Counted from the stretch's first letter, positions 1 through 10,547 are shown. The stretch: 64,000 bases of DNA from Akkermansia muciniphila (GCA_945874895.1 CAMCIC010000012.1:4885-68884), one strand, 5' to 3'. The notes: a model not told the origin generated them from the letters alone. Numbers and translations are program-made.

Positions 1-869
1 GCAGCAGCGCTTTCGATCATAAGATACTCGCCACTGACTTGATAGGCGGCGACGGGTAAGGTGGTGTGCTGGCGCACGGCGGCGATGATGTCGAGGTAGG
101 CACCAGCGGGTTTGACCATGACCATGTCGGCGCCCTCGGCTTCGTCTAACAAAATTTCACGCACGGCTTCGCGGGCGTTGGCGTAGTCCATTTGATAGGT
201 TTTTTTGTCGCCGGCTTTGGGGGCGGAATCGAGCGCGCCACGGAAGGGGCCGTAGTAAGCAGAGGCATACTTGGCGGAGTAGCTAAGGATGGAAACATCG
301 GTGTGGCCGGCGGCATCGAGCGCAGCGCGCAGGGCTGCCACTCGGCCGTCCATCATGTCGCTGGGCGAAACGATGTCGGCTCCGGCGGCGGCGTGGCAGA
401 GGGCTTGTTGGCAGAGAACGTCGACGGTGGCATCGTTGACAATCTCTAACGAGCCGTCGGCGGATGTTGTGACGAGGCCGTCGTGACCATCGGCGTTGTA
501 GGGATCGAGCGCGATGTCGGTGATCACGCAAATCTCTGGACAGGCGGCCTTGATGGCACGAATGACACGAGGGATGAGGCCCGCGGGATTATGGCATTCG
601 GCAGCATCGGAGGTTTTGAGGGAGTCGTCAATTTTCGGAAACAACACCACAGCGGGGACGCCTGCTGCGTGGAGGGCGAGCACTTCAAATACGACGTCTT
701 TTTCGGACCATCGGGTCACGCCAGGCATCGAGGCGATCATGTCGTTATGCGATCCTTCTTGGACGAACAAAGGCTGCACGAAATCGCCAGCGCTGAGTAA
801 AGTTTCACGCACGAGCGAGCGAATGGCGGCACTGCGGCGATTGCGGCGTGGACGGATGGGAAGGTTCAT
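1..869 (-). CDS. hemB: porphobilinogen synthase (delta-aminolevulinate dehydratase); C-terminus lies outside the window
   Basis: Absent from the ORF track because it runs off the window edge. Reverse-strand ATG at 869-867. My translation is MNLPIRPRRNRRSAAIRSLVRETLLSAGDFVQPLFVQEG...DIALDPYNADGHDG...SPSDMMDGRV...MVMVKPAGAYLDII, the ALAD family layout with an Asp-rich (non-Zn) metal site and the active-site Lys in MVKPA. It starts 6 nt after the cysS stop. Confidence 0.9.
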   Translation of the reverse strand, partial: MNLPIRPRRNRRSAAIRSLVRETLLSAGDFVQPLFVQEGSHNDMIASMPGVTRWSEKDVVFEVLALHAAGVPAVVLFPKIDDSLKTSDAAECHNPAGLIPRVIRAIKAACPEICVITDIALDPYNADGHDGLVTTSADGSLEIVNDATVDVLCQQALCHAAAGADIVSPSDMMDGRVAALRAALDAAGHTDVSILSYSAKYASAYYGPFRGALDSAPKAGDKKTYQMDYANAREAVREILLDEAEGADMVMVKPAGAYLDIIAAVRQHTTLPVAAYQVSGEYLMIESAA

Positions 870-875
870 GGTGGA

Positions 876-2264
876 TTATTTTTGACTGAGTTCGTAGCCT
901 TCCTTGCTGTCCTTGATGGTCCACCCTAGAGCGGCGAGCTGGTCGCGGAGGACATCAGATTGCGCCCAGTCTTTGGCTTGGCGCACGGCGAGGCGTTGTT
1001 CGGCGAGGGCAAGAACCTCGGCGGGGATGTCGATTTCTTTTTCCGTCTCGGGAAGAGTGAGGCCCAGCGCGCGGAGGATGCGATGGAAGGCAGCAAGAGC
1101 TTGGGCCACCGCGATGCCTTCCCATTTCGTGGATTCGCGCAAACCGGTAAAAATGGCACCAAGTGCGCCAGCAGTGTTGAGGTCGTCATTGAGCGCATCC
1201 CATGCGGCTTGGAAGGGGCCGAACTCGATGCTGGTGAGCAGGGCATCGGCGGGGGCTTTGGCCGCAAGTTGTTGCGCGGACTTGGCCATTTTATTCATCG
1301 CTTCGCGGGCGGCGTGAAGGGAATCAAAGGTGAAATTGAGCGGCTTGCGGTAATGGCCGCTGAGTAGCACGTAGCGGACTTCCATGGCAGACCAGCCGTG
1401 CTTTGCGAGGTCTTCTAAGGTGTAGAGATTGCCGAGCGACTTCGACATTTTTCCTCCGTCCACCATCAAGTGCGCGATGTGGAACCAGGTGGCGGCGAAG
1501 TGACCTCCGCAGGCGCAGCGGCTCTGTGCAATTTCGTTTTCGTGGTGGGGGAAAACCAGATCGACACCACCGCTATGGAGGTCGAAGGTTTCACCGAGAT
1601 ATTCACGAATCATTGCGGAGCATTCTAGATGCCAACCAGGGCGACCTTCGCCCCAGGGTGAGGGCCAGTAATTGGCACCGTCCTCCTCGCGTCGCGATTT
1701 CCAGAGGACGAAGTCGCTAAGGCTTTGTTTTTCGTATTCATCGGCATTCGCTCGTTGGGCTTGGGTTCGTCCCAACTCGAGTTCACGCTCGTCGAGATGA
1801 GAAAGTTTGCCGTATTCGGGAAAGGATGCGATGTTGAAATAGACGGAGCCATCATCGGAAGTATACGCATGACCCTTGCGTACCAACTCCTCGATCATCG
1901 CTATTTGCTGAGGGATGTGTTCTACGGCACCCGGTTCAATGTGCGGAGGTAGGCACTGAAGAAGATCACAGTCGCGGTGGAACTTTTCTGTCCAGAAGCG
2001 CGTGAATTCTGTGAGCGACTGACCAACACGTTGTGATTCGCGGATCGTTTTGTCATCGACGTCGGTAAGGTTGCGCACGTGAAGAGTGCGCATGCCGCTG
2101 GTTTCGAGTGTGCGGCGAAACACGTCCTGGAGTACGAAAGTGCGAAAGTTGCCGATATGGGCTGGGCCATACACCGTCGGTCCGCAGCAGTAAAAGCGGA
2201 AGTTCTGACCGTCGATGGGCTTTAATTCCTTGATTTTGCGGGCCAGCGTATCATACAAGCGCAT
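876..2264 (-). CDS. cysS: cysteine--tRNA ligase
   Basis: 462-aa ORF with the class I HIGH-type motif (GPAHIGN), the KMSKS motif (KMSKSLGN) and the HLECSAM zinc/cysteine-site region. Full-length CysRS architecture. Confidence 0.95.
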   Translation of the reverse strand: MRLYDTLARKIKELKPIDGQNFRFYCCGPTVYGPAHIGNFRTFVLQDVFRRTLETSGMRTLHVRNLTDVDDKTIRESQRVGQSLTEFTRFWTEKFHRDCDLLQCLPPHIEPGAVEHIPQQIAMIEELVRKGHAYTSDDGSVYFNIASFPEYGKLSHLDERELELGRTQAQRANADEYEKQSLSDFVLWKSRREEDGANYWPSPWGEGRPGWHLECSAMIREYLGETFDLHSGGVDLVFPHHENEIAQSRCACGGHFAATWFHIAHLMVDGGKMSKSLGNLYTLEDLAKHGWSAMEVRYVLLSGHYRKPLNFTFDSLHAAREAMNKMAKSAQQLAAKAPADALLTSIEFGPFQAAWDALNDDLNTAGALGAIFTGLRESTKWEGIAVAQALAAFHRILRALGLTLPETEKEIDIPAEVLALAEQRLAVRQAKDWAQSDVLRDQLAALGWTIKDSKEGYELSQK

Positions 2265-2438
2265 GCGAATCCCTAGCCGCCAACGACTCTCGTGGCAAGT
2301 GTGTCGTCATGCGATGGGAATTTTTTTTGAAAATTCGAAGATTCTTCTTGCCAAAATTGTGAGTTTTGAGCATTTTCCGCCCCCGCCCATCCGCAAGGAG
2401 TCGGGCCCTCAACTCCAATCTCAACACTCTTTCTTCTT

Positions 2439-2690
2439 ATGGCCGTTGCATTACGTCTCACTCGTCAGGGATCCGCCGATCGTCCCTACTACAAAATCAT
2501 TGCCGTGGATAGCCGCGTGCGTCGTGACGGTCGTTACATCGAGCAACTCGGCACTTACGATCCTATGAAAGAGGGCGTAAACTATGAGATTGATCTCGCT
2601 GCTGCCGATAAATGGTTGGGCACCGGCGCTAAGCCTTCGGAGACGGTTAGATCCATCATCCGCAAAGCACGCACAGCTGCGGCCAAGTAA
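2439..2690 (+). CDS. rpsP: 30S ribosomal protein bS16
   Basis: 83 aa. [42 protein letters not shown] is the canonical bS16 N-terminus. Confidence 0.95.
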   Translation: MAVALRLTRQGSADRPYYKIIAVDSRVRRDGRYIEQLGTYDPMKEGVNYEIDLAAADKWLGTGAKPSETVRSIIRKARTAAAK

Positions 2691-2711
2691 TTTTCCTTTG
2701 TTTTTGTTTTT

Positions 2712-2749
2712 CCGTCCGCCTGCTCGCAGGCGGACGGTTTTTCTTTTTT
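2712..2749 (+). terminator. intrinsic terminator after rpsP
   Basis: Hairpin CCGTCCGCCTG-CTCG-CAGGCGGACGG followed by a T-run (TTTTTCTTTTTT), 22 nt downstream of the rpsP stop. Confidence 0.8.
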
Positions 2750-2758
2750 GCGGGAATC

Positions 2759-3694
2759 ATGCCGAATCCCGAACTGACGCTTGACCCTATCACGGATTGT
2801 TTTACTATGTGCCTTATGAACGGTTTATCCTGTATCTTGTTGCGAACCCTGATCGTTACGGCGTCGATTGCGACATCGTTCGCACAGCTGGGTGTCGATA
2901 TCCGGATGAATCAGTCGAGCTATCTGGCCGGCGAAAACATATTGGTGAACGTCACCATCACGAATCGTACGGGAAATGATGTCGTATTGGCGAGCCAAGG
3001 TCGCACCTCTTGGTTGGACATGGTGGTGAAACGCGGCAATGGTGAGCCAGCCTCATCTTTGCGGCGATCGAACTTTGGTGGGGTGAAAATTGCTTCTGGA
3101 CAGAGCCTCAGCAAGAGCATCGAAATTTCTTCAATGTATAATTTGCGCGAACCTGGCTCATACTCCGTTTCTGCCATTGTTCGTATGTCTGGCGTCAACT
3201 CCGAGGGATTCATCTCGAACCGGCTGCTTTTCAACTGTGCCAATGTTCGTCCTGACTGGAGTCAAAAAGTGGGAGTTCCTGGCAAGCCCGGAAAATCCCA
3301 TGAGTTCCGCGTCATGAATTTTACCAATGCCAAAAAATCTTTGCTTTATGCGCAGGTCGTGGACTGCAAAACGGGGATTTCGATCCAAACCTTGAATCTC
3401 GGCGAAGCATTGTTATTCCGTAAGCCCCAAGCGGCAGTGGATCGCTCCCAAGCACTCCACGTGCTTTATCTCGCCGCACCTGAATTTTATGTTCATGCTC
3501 GCATGGATGTGAACGGACGACTTCTCGGAAGAGACTTGCACAAACGCGGTGCCGGCGGGGACCCCCGTTTGATGACCTTTGCTGATGGCGCGGTGCAGGT
3601 TGCAGGTTCGGTTCCTTATGACGCTCAGGCGGAAGCGGCGGAACGCGGGAAAATTCGCAAAATTTCCGAGCGACCTACTTATACTTATAATTAA
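2759..3694 (+). CDS. hypothetical secreted protein
   Basis: 311-aa ORF. The likely true start is an internal ATG at 2807 or 2816, giving MNGLSCILLRTLIVTASIATSFAQ, a Sec-type signal. I recognise no family motifs. Confidence 0.6.
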   Translation: MPNPELTLDPITDCFTMCLMNGLSCILLRTLIVTASIATSFAQLGVDIRMNQSSYLAGENILVNVTITNRTGNDVVLASQGRTSWLDMVVKRGNGEPASSLRRSNFGGVKIASGQSLSKSIEISSMYNLREPGSYSVSAIVRMSGVNSEGFISNRLLFNCANVRPDWSQKVGVPGKPGKSHEFRVMNFTNAKKSLLYAQVVDCKTGISIQTLNLGEALLFRKPQAAVDRSQALHVLYLAAPEFYVHARMDVNGRLLGRDLHKRGAGGDPRLMTFADGAVQVAGSVPYDAQAEAAERGKIRKISERPTYTYN

Positions 3695-3766
3695 ATAATC
3701 CTTATTGTCGGATTTTGTGAATTTTTATTGCAAAATTGCCCGGTTTTTGCTTACTAGCTCTCAAGA

Positions 3767-4372
3767 ATGAAAATACTTTTGTCATACCTGCTGCCTTGTG
3801 TGCTGTGGCTGTTCGCCATGTGTCCGTTACAAGGTCGTTATTTTTCCACGGTTGTGATCGATCCCGGACACGGTGGGCACGACAAAGGCTGCCAGTGGGG
3901 GCGCGTCTATGAGAAGCATCTATGTCTCGATACCTCCCTGCGTTTGGAAAATACCTTGCGCAGCAAGGGGTATCGCACCGCCATGTTGCGGCGCAGTGAT
4001 TATTTCATTTCGCTGCCCCAGCGCGTATCGATGGCTTCGAAATACCGCAATGCGATTTTTGTGAGTGTGCATTACAATTTTACGTGGCGTCAGGAGGCCC
4101 GCGGACTGGAAACCTTTTATCACTCCGCAGAGAGTCAGGCGCTGGCCAGTTATGTGCAAAGTGGCATGCTCAAACGTGTGCGCGGTGAGAATCGCGGCGT
4201 AAAAAATGCCCGCTATTATGTGATTCGCAATGCGAAGATGCCTGCGATTCTCGTGGAATGCGGATTCGTAAGCAATCAGGGGGAGCGTGATAAAATGCGC
4301 AAAGCTTGGTATCGACAAGCGGTGGCTGACGGCATCGCGGATGGCATTTCCAAATACCGCAGTCGCGGTTGA
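3767..4372 (+). CDS. N-acetylmuramoyl-L-alanine amidase (Amidase_3 type)
   Basis: 201 aa with a signal peptide, then VVIDPGHGGHDKG...FVSVHYN...GLETFY...PAILVECGFVSN, the zinc-amidase (AmiA/B/C catalytic domain) motifs. Confidence 0.85.
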   Translation: MKILLSYLLPCVLWLFAMCPLQGRYFSTVVIDPGHGGHDKGCQWGRVYEKHLCLDTSLRLENTLRSKGYRTAMLRRSDYFISLPQRVSMASKYRNAIFVSVHYNFTWRQEARGLETFYHSAESQALASYVQSGMLKRVRGENRGVKNARYYVIRNAKMPAILVECGFVSNQGERDKMRKAWYRQAVADGIADGISKYRSRG

Positions 4373-4650
4373 TGAAATACCAGTGTCCCAGTTGTGATCA
4401 AGATGTGGAGGTCGGTCGGAATTGTCCTCGCTGCGCTAGATCTGCTCGAAGACGCCCGCGCGAAAAAAAACCATGGGAGCAAGACCCAAGTGCCGATGGA
4501 CTCAACCTGCCCGATGACGATTTTGACTACGATGCATTTGTCACTCGTGAATGGGGCCGCGCTCCACATCGTCGGTTAGGGATTGCGTGGTATTGGTATC
4601 TCATGGCCATTCTACTCTTTGTGGCCATGTTGTTGAGTCTTTTTCGTTGA
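4372..4650 (+). CDS. small zinc-ribbon protein with C-terminal transmembrane helix
   Basis: MKYQCPSCDQDVEVGRNCPRCA has a CxxC...CxxC pattern, followed by a charged linker and the hydrophobic tail IAWYWYLMAILLFVAMLLSLF. Its ATG overlaps the amidase stop by 1 nt (TGATG). Confidence 0.55.
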   Translation: MKYQCPSCDQDVEVGRNCPRCARSARRRPREKKPWEQDPSADGLNLPDDDFDYDAFVTREWGRAPHRRLGIAWYWYLMAILLFVAMLLSLFR

Positions 4651-4655
4651 ATCTT

Positions 4656-5138
4656 ATGTCTTCCACATTTCGCACGTCCACGACACTGCCGGCCTCTGCG
4701 CAAACGATGTATGCCTTTCATGCAGATCCGCACAACATCGTGCATGTCATGCCCCCCACATTGCGAGTGGAAGACTTGATCACCGAGGTGCCTGCTCGTG
4801 AAGGTGGTCGCATTGAGATCCGTTGCCGTGATTTGGGGTTGATCCCCATGCATTGGATTTGCCAGTGGCGCACCGTGCAGCCCCCGCTATTGTTAGTAGA
4901 TGAAATGATACAAGGTCCATTTCGCGTTTTCATTCATGAACACCATTTTGAAGCCGTGGGCGATCATGAATGCGTGATGCGTGATCACATCACCTATCAA
5001 TGGGGCAACTCTTGGTGGGGTGCTTTGGTATCAGAAATTTTCGTACGACTCTATCTGATGGTCCTGTTCCGTTATCGTCATCACCGGACAAGACTTTGGG
5101 CGAGCCAGGAACACAGGCCGAGCGGCGGATTTCTTTAG
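4656..5138 (+). CDS. SRPBCC-fold (START/cyclase-dehydrase-like) ligand-binding protein
   Basis: ORF 4551-5138 trimmed to the ATG at 4656 (MSSTFRTS...). Size of about 160 aa and blocks such as GPFRVFIHEHHFE...ITYQWG resemble the SRPBCC/COG4276-type family as I remember it. Confidence 0.5.
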   Translation: MSSTFRTSTTLPASAQTMYAFHADPHNIVHVMPPTLRVEDLITEVPAREGGRIEIRCRDLGLIPMHWICQWRTVQPPLLLVDEMIQGPFRVFIHEHHFEAVGDHECVMRDHITYQWGNSWWGALVSEIFVRLYLMVLFRYRHHRTRLWASQEHRPSGGFL

Positions 5139-5168
5139 GCTTGCGCTTGGGTCTCCAGTTGCTAAGAA

Positions 5169-5783
5169 ATGCCGCACATGAGTCCATCGATGCATCTTTA
5201 CGAGCGCCTTTCATTGTTTTCCACGGGGATGGTTCTCGGCGTGCTGTTGATCATAATTCATGGTTTTTTGCTGTTGAAAAGCCAGGCTAGTCAGCAATTT
5301 CTTGTCAAGTTCCCCCGCAATCAAAAACTCGGTCAAATCTTGCTGGGCATCGGCATGTTCTGGTTCTGGTTGTTGATCGCGCCTGAGAACAAAGGTTTCA
5401 TCAGTGTTCTCGCCATGGATATGACAGAATTCAACGCCGCCAAGCCGCTTCTGCGATTGTTGTTGCCGGTGATTTATGTGCTAGTGGCGATGTCCATTAC
5501 CGAGTTTCTATCGGTTCGTGCTTTCGGATTGCTGGGTCTTTTGGCGGCACAACCACTATTGGATTCGGCATTCTTGCGTGATCCTAGCAGTCGATTGCTG
5601 ATTCCACTCTGGACCTATGCGCTCATCATCGTTTCGCTATTTTCTGTAGGTATGCCCTACTTGTTTCGTGATGCTGTCAAGTGGGTGACCGCCAAGTCAG
5701 GACGCTGGCAAGGATGTAGCATCGCAGGATTGGTTTATGGGGTGGTGGTGGTGGTCTGCGCTCTGGCATTTTGGCGCGATTGA
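5169..5783 (+). CDS. hypothetical polytopic membrane protein
   Basis: 204 aa with about 5-6 hydrophobic segments. No recognisable motifs. Convergent with cysA. Confidence 0.6.
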   Translation: MPHMSPSMHLYERLSLFSTGMVLGVLLIIIHGFLLLKSQASQQFLVKFPRNQKLGQILLGIGMFWFWLLIAPENKGFISVLAMDMTEFNAAKPLLRLLLPVIYVLVAMSITEFLSVRAFGLLGLLAAQPLLDSAFLRDPSSRLLIPLWTYALIIVSLFSVGMPYLFRDAVKWVTAKSGRWQGCSIAGLVYGVVVVVCALAFWRD

Positions 5784-5785
5784 TC

Positions 5786-6787
5786 CTACGCGGATTCGTT
5801 GCCTCTTTTCTCAGGAAGGCGAAATGCCACACGATCCCCTATTCCTAGGGCGAGATACTCCAGTCGCTTGCGTGATATTTCCGCTTCCACCAGAGCTCCG
5901 CTGGTCAATCGCAGCGATAAGGAGGCTACAGGCCCAGCGGAGAAAAGATTTTGTATAACGGCCAAATCATCGAGATTCTCATCATATTCGGCCGCGAATT
6001 TGATTTCGATTTCGTGAGGACGTATATACATTTCACGTCCACCTTTATCCACGATTTTGTTCACGTTACCAAGGAACTCGTAAACAAACGGGGTGATAGG
6101 ATGATCATAAATTTCCTGTGGCGGACCAACTTGCTCTACTTTTGCCTGACGCATCACCACCACTTGATCGGCCAGTTCTAGTGCCTCCTCCTGATCATGC
6201 GTCACAAACAATGTGGTGAGTCCGATTTCATCGTGAAACGCGCGTAACCAGCGACGTAAATCTTTTCTTACCTGAGCGTCAAGAGCGCCGAACGGTTCAT
6301 CCAGCAATAATACCTGAGGTCGTATCGCTAGAGCTCGTGCGAGCGCGACACGTTGCCTCTGTCCGCCTGAAAGCTCATGAGGCCTTCTCCGTTCCAGTCC
6401 TTGTAGCTTGACCAACCCAAGCAACTCGATCACTCGATTACGTATTTCTTGTTTGTTGGGACGACGATCGCGCGGCATCACGCTTAGCCCAAAAGCAATG
6501 TTCTCCTCGACGGTCATGTGGCGAAACAAAGCGTAGTGTTGAAAGACGAAACCGACTTGTCTCTCGCCAGCGGGGATGTCGGCGACATTTTTGCCATGAA
6601 ACAGGATCTTGCCTTGCCCTTCATCAGCAAATTCAAGTCCCGCCACGATACGCAACAAGGTGGTTTTGCCAGACCCTGAAGGCCCCAGCAGTGCGGTCAG
6701 CGAGCCTTGCGGAACCTCAAGCGAGACGTGATCGAGCGCCAGATAGGAGCCGAATGATTTGCTTATGGATTGAATGGATATGGACAT
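5786..6787 (-). CDS. cysA: sulfate/thiosulfate ABC transporter ATP-binding protein
   Basis: 333 aa with Walker A (GPSGSGKTT), the ABC signature (LSGGQRQR), Walker B (LLLDEP) and a CysA-type C-terminal regulatory domain. Last gene of the sbp-cysT-cysW-cysA array. Confidence 0.9.
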   Translation of the reverse strand: MSISIQSISKSFGSYLALDHVSLEVPQGSLTALLGPSGSGKTTLLRIVAGLEFADEGQGKILFHGKNVADIPAGERQVGFVFQHYALFRHMTVEENIAFGLSVMPRDRRPNKQEIRNRVIELLGLVKLQGLERRRPHELSGGQRQRVALARALAIRPQVLLLDEPFGALDAQVRKDLRRWLRAFHDEIGLTTLFVTHDQEEALELADQVVVMRQAKVEQVGPPQEIYDHPITPFVYEFLGNVNKIVDKGGREMYIRPHEIEIKFAAEYDENLDDLAVIQNLFSAGPVASLSLRLTSGALVEAEISRKRLEYLALGIGDRVAFRLPEKRGNESA

Positions 6788-6802
6788 AACGTTCGGAAAA
6801 TA

Positions 6803-7639
6803 TCAGTGACTACGACCGGAGTGGCCGGCAAAGTGTTCGATCGCCGACTTCAGACCTAGCGTGATCAGTGCTAGCAAAGCCAGCAGAGTGGCACAGGCGA
6901 AGGCCGCGCTGAATTGGTATTCGTTGTAAAGTACCTCAATGTGCAGAGGAAGAGTATTGGTCTCGCCGCGAATGTGACCGGATACCACAGAAACGGCACC
7001 GAATTCGCCCATGGCTCGGGCATTGCAAAGCAATACGCCATAGAGTAAGCCCCATTTGATGTTCGGCAGCGTTACGCGCCAAAAAATCTGCCACCCATTC
7101 GCACCCAAAGTTACCGCGGCTTCTTCTTGATCCGTTCCCTGAGATTCCATCAGGGGAATCAGCTCTCTTGCGACAAAAGGAAAAGTCACGAACAAAGTGG
7201 CGAGCAGGATTCCCGGCCAAGCGAAAATGACGGAAATATCGTGCTTGGCGAGAAACTCACCGCACCATCCATGAGTACCAAACAACAAAATCCAAACCAC
7301 TCCCGCTACCACGGGTGATACGGCAAAGGGCAAATCGATCAGCGTAATCAGCAAGGCGCGACCGTAAAAGCGGAATTTTGTCACCGCCCAAGCCGCTGCT
7401 ATACCAAACAGCGCGTTCAATGGCACGGCAAGAGCCGCCGTTGTGACTGTAAGCCACACGGCCGAGCGTGCCGCATCCTCGTGCAAGGCAGCCCAGAATA
7501 CCTGCCAGCCCTGACGCAGTGCCTCAATGAATACAGCCACCAAAGGCAGCAATAAAAAGAGCCCGAGGATCAATAGGGTTGCTGCGATCAACAACCACTT
7601 CACCCCACGCGATTCTTGTGTTACTTCGGAATGATTCAT
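6803..7639 (-). CDS. cysW: sulfate ABC transporter permease
   Basis: ORF 6803-7714 trimmed to the ATG at 7639 (MNHSEVTQES...), 4 nt after the cysT stop. Multi-TM permease with the EAA-loop region (ESQGTDQEEAAVTLGA). Confidence 0.88.
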   Translation of the reverse strand: MNHSEVTQESRGVKWLLIAATLLILGLFLLLPLVAVFIEALRQGWQVFWAALHEDAARSAVWLTVTTAALAVPLNALFGIAAAWAVTKFRFYGRALLITLIDLPFAVSPVVAGVVWILLFGTHGWCGEFLAKHDISVIFAWPGILLATLFVTFPFVARELIPLMESQGTDQEEAAVTLGANGWQIFWRVTLPNIKWGLLYGVLLCNARAMGEFGAVSVVSGHIRGETNTLPLHIEVLYNEYQFSAAFACATLLALLALITLGLKSAIEHFAGHSGRSH

Positions 7640-7643
7640 CGTT

Positions 7644-8465
7644 TCATCCTTGTCGGTTTTTGTCCAACCAGCGTTGGAGCAGATTGATGAGAAAAAGCAA
7701 AGTGAAGGATACAATCAGCATCGCCGCAGCGATCACAGAAGCTGCGGGAACATTGTATTGCTCGAGTTGTGCGACGATCAAGAGGGGTAGGATCTCGGTT
7801 TTCATGGGTAGGTTGCCCGAAATGAAAATCACCGATCCGTATTCGCCGATGGCCCGTGCCAGCGCCATCGTGAAGCCCGTGATCATCGCGGGCATCAAGG
7901 CGGGAAAGACCACTCTCCAAAACGTCACCCAACGACCCGCGCCTAAGGTGGCCGCTGCCTCTTCGGTCTCCCTTGAGAGATCTTCTAATACCGGTTGCAC
8001 GGTCCGAACCACAAAGGGAAAGCCTATAAAAGTTAAGGCCATGAATACACCCAAAGGGGTATAGGCGACCTTGAGACCCAGACTTTGGAGTGGAGCTCCC
8101 AGCCAGCCGTTGGGCGCATACAAAGTGGTGAGGGTTATTCCAGCTACCGCAGTGGGAAGCGCGAAGGGCAAGTCAATCATCGCATCGAGCAAGCGGCGCC
8201 CGGGAAAAGAGTAACGCACCAATACCCAAGTTACCACTAACCCCATCAAGGAACTCAGTGCCGCTGCTGCAGCACTGGTGCCAAACGTAAGACGCGCAGC
8301 TGCAAGGACGCGCGGAGAACCGAGCAAATCCCACCACTCGCGCCAACCCAAGCCTGCTGCTTTCATAAACAAAGCAACCAGGGGGAGGAGGATGATCAAG
8401 CTCAGATAGACGACGCTAAATCCGAGAGATAAACCAAAGCCAGGGATGACGCGAGGGCGAGACAT
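7644..8465 (-). CDS. cysT: sulfate ABC transporter permease
   Basis: The ORF-track start at 8480 is TTG; the first ATG is at 8465 (MSRPRVIPGF...). Permease with an EAA loop (LSRETEEAAATLGAG), paralogous to the downstream cysW. Confidence 0.88.
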   Translation of the reverse strand: MSRPRVIPGFGLSLGFSVVYLSLIILLPLVALFMKAAGLGWREWWDLLGSPRVLAAARLTFGTSAAAAALSSLMGLVVTWVLVRYSFPGRRLLDAMIDLPFALPTAVAGITLTTLYAPNGWLGAPLQSLGLKVAYTPLGVFMALTFIGFPFVVRTVQPVLEDLSRETEEAAATLGAGRWVTFWRVVFPALMPAMITGFTMALARAIGEYGSVIFISGNLPMKTEILPLLIVAQLEQYNVPAASVIAAAMLIVSFTLLFLINLLQRWLDKNRQG

Positions 8466-8483
8466 GCAGAGTGAATGCAATAT

Positions 8484-9509
8484 TTATGGGTTGACGTAGA
8501 GTTGGTCGAAGGTTCCACCGTCGGCAAAATGCGTTTTCTGCGCGGCTTTCCAACCTCCAAATTGTTTCTCCACCGTAGCTAATTCTATGGCAGGCAGAGT
8601 AGTTTTGACGCTTGTCAATCTCGGACGATAGTGATGTTGAGCGGCAAGCTCTTGGGCTTCTTTGGTGTAAAGAAATTCCAAGTAAGCACGCGATAGCTCG
8701 GCAGTTCGATGTTTTTGAGCCACTTGATCCACTACAGCCACGGGTGGCTCTGCCAGAATACTCAGCGACGGATAGACAATCTCGGTTTTGCCCGGGAATT
8801 CATTTTCGATCAAATACGCTTCATTTTCCCAGGACAGATAGACATCACCAATCTCCCTTTGTGCAAAGGTCGTGGTTGCGGCACGCGCTCCCGTATCCCA
8901 AACGGGCACCTGCTTGATCAGAGATCGCACATACTCGCGTACACGTTCCTGATCGCCGGCAAACTGTTTTTCCGCCCATGCCCACGCAGCCAGATAGTTC
9001 CAGCGCGCCCCCCCTGACACCTTCGGATTGGGTGTGATCACTTGCACTCCAGGATTGACCAAGTCACCCCAGTCTTTGATTCCCTTCGGATTGCCTTTGC
9101 GTACTACAAAAACAATCGTGGAAGTATAGGGTGAGCTATTATCGGGAAATTTAGACACCCAATCTTTGGCTAACAGTCCTTTCTCGGCAATGATATCGAT
9201 GTCACCTGCGAGCGCTAAGGTAACGACATCCGCCTCCAGTCCGTCGATGACCGATCGTGCTTGTTTGCCCGATCCGCCGTGCGATTGTTTGATCTCCAGT
9301 GAGCTTCCGTTTTTTTTCTTCCATTGCTCCGCAAACGCTGCATTGATATCAACATAAAACTCGCGCGTCGGGTCATACGAAACATTCAGGAGAACGTTGC
9401 GCTGATCCGTAGGAGCTTTTGATTTTTGACATGAACTCAGCGCTCCGAAAGCGGCGAGTGCAAGGAATGGGAGGATATGACGATAAGAATAGTGATGTGT
9501 TATTTTCAT
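8484..9509 (-). CDS. sbp: sulfate/thiosulfate-binding periplasmic protein (lipoprotein-type signal)
   Basis: 341 aa with the signal [12 protein letters not shown]. Sbp/CysP-like blocks: [46 protein letters not shown]. Confidence 0.88.
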   Translation of the reverse strand: MKITHHYSYRHILPFLALAAFGALSSCQKSKAPTDQRNVLLNVSYDPTREFYVDINAAFAEQWKKKNGSSLEIKQSHGGSGKQARSVIDGLEADVVTLALAGDIDIIAEKGLLAKDWVSKFPDNSSPYTSTIVFVVRKGNPKGIKDWGDLVNPGVQVITPNPKVSGGARWNYLAAWAWAEKQFAGDQERVREYVRSLIKQVPVWDTGARAATTTFAQREIGDVYLSWENEAYLIENEFPGKTEIVYPSLSILAEPPVAVVDQVAQKHRTAELSRAYLEFLYTKEAQELAAQHHYRPRLTSVKTTLPAIELATVEKQFGGWKAAQKTHFADGGTFDQLYVNP

Positions 9510-9610
9510 TTTTTCTGCATGGCGTCCCTCTCCCGTGTGTCGGGTGGATGTCAGCAGTGTTGGTGGATGATGCCTTCCGTGTCAGATCGGCAAAATTTTT
9601 GGATGGGTCA

Positions 9611-10162
9611 TTACATTTCGGAGAGACTGGCTAAAAAGCCATCCGCGGGATCCGCTTTCAATTTCTGTTTATGGTTTGAATCTGCGGCACTTTCAGGAGT
9701 CGCAAATGGGGGAACAATGCCATCGCGTCGCATTTTTCGCATGGTTACTTCCACCACTTGGGACAGAGTGTATCGGTCTAGGATGTTGGCGATCGCATTG
9801 CGTACATCGATCATGATCATGCGCAATCCACAGTGCTCCTCGTCGGGGCAGGAGCATTTTTGATAGGCAAACTCACTGGCGCAACAAATGGGAGCGAGGC
9901 GCCCGTCCATTTTGCGCACGATGTCCCCCATCTTTGCGATTTTACCTGTGTCAGTGAGCGAGTATCCACCAAATTTCCCCCGATGCGTCACGACCCATCC
10001 TGCATCCCGCAATTCCTGCAAAATGCGTTCGATAAATTTGAGCGGCAATCGATTGGCCTCGGCCAACTCAGATCCAGGAAGTGCAGCGCGTCCCATTTGA
10101 TTCGCAATCCCGAGGTTGATCACGGCGCGAAGTGCATACTCAGCTTTTTTCGAAAGGTGCAT
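9611..10162 (-). CDS. Rrf2-family transcriptional regulator, Cys-rich, with extended C-terminus
   Basis: The N-terminus MHLSKKAEYALRAVINLG...LPLKFIERILQELRDAGWVVTHRGKFGGYSL is a typical Rrf2 wHTH. It is followed by five Cys in CCASEFAYQKCSCPDEEHC and a tail of about 40 aa (183 aa in total). Confidence 0.85.
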   Translation of the reverse strand: MHLSKKAEYALRAVINLGIANQMGRAALPGSELAEANRLPLKFIERILQELRDAGWVVTHRGKFGGYSLTDTGKIAKMGDIVRKMDGRLAPICCASEFAYQKCSCPDEEHCGLRMIMIDVRNAIANILDRYTLSQVVEVTMRKMRRDGIVPPFATPESAADSNHKQKLKADPADGFLASLSEM

Positions 10163-10235
10163 GGTGGAATGTAGACGCGATAGTAGAAAATACAGAAGCT
10201 CTTAGCAAGAAGAAATCAGCACAAGGTAGCAGCTT

Positions 10236-10430
10236 TCAGGAATCTTTGGCGCGCTGAACAATTCTTGTTTTTTCTATGCTTTCCACTTGGGTTACTCTGC
10301 CGTCGTGCACCGTGATTTGTACGGAGCCATATTGAAGCTGCTTGACCTTTTTTTTCACGACGTTGAGCCACTCCTCATCGTCATTGACTGTTGTTGCTGG
10401 GGTTGTCGAGTTTGCGCTCATTGAGATCAT
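10236..10430 (-). CDS. YezD/DUF2292-like small protein
   Basis: 64 aa. The core LQYGSVQITVHDGRVTQVESIEKTRI matches the DUF2292 (YezD) signature as I recall it. This family is often adjacent to sulfate-uptake genes. Confidence 0.65.
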   Translation of the reverse strand: MISMSANSTTPATTVNDDEEWLNVVKKKVKQLQYGSVQITVHDGRVTQVESIEKTRIVQRAKDS

Positions 10431-10547
10431 GGATTTGTTAATGCGAACAAGATTGTGTAGATTAAAATGGTGCTGTCAAGAATGAATTTGGTGAAAAATC
10501 AAAAAATCGTGAATTCGATATCTTTCGATTGATAGGGGATGGGATAA

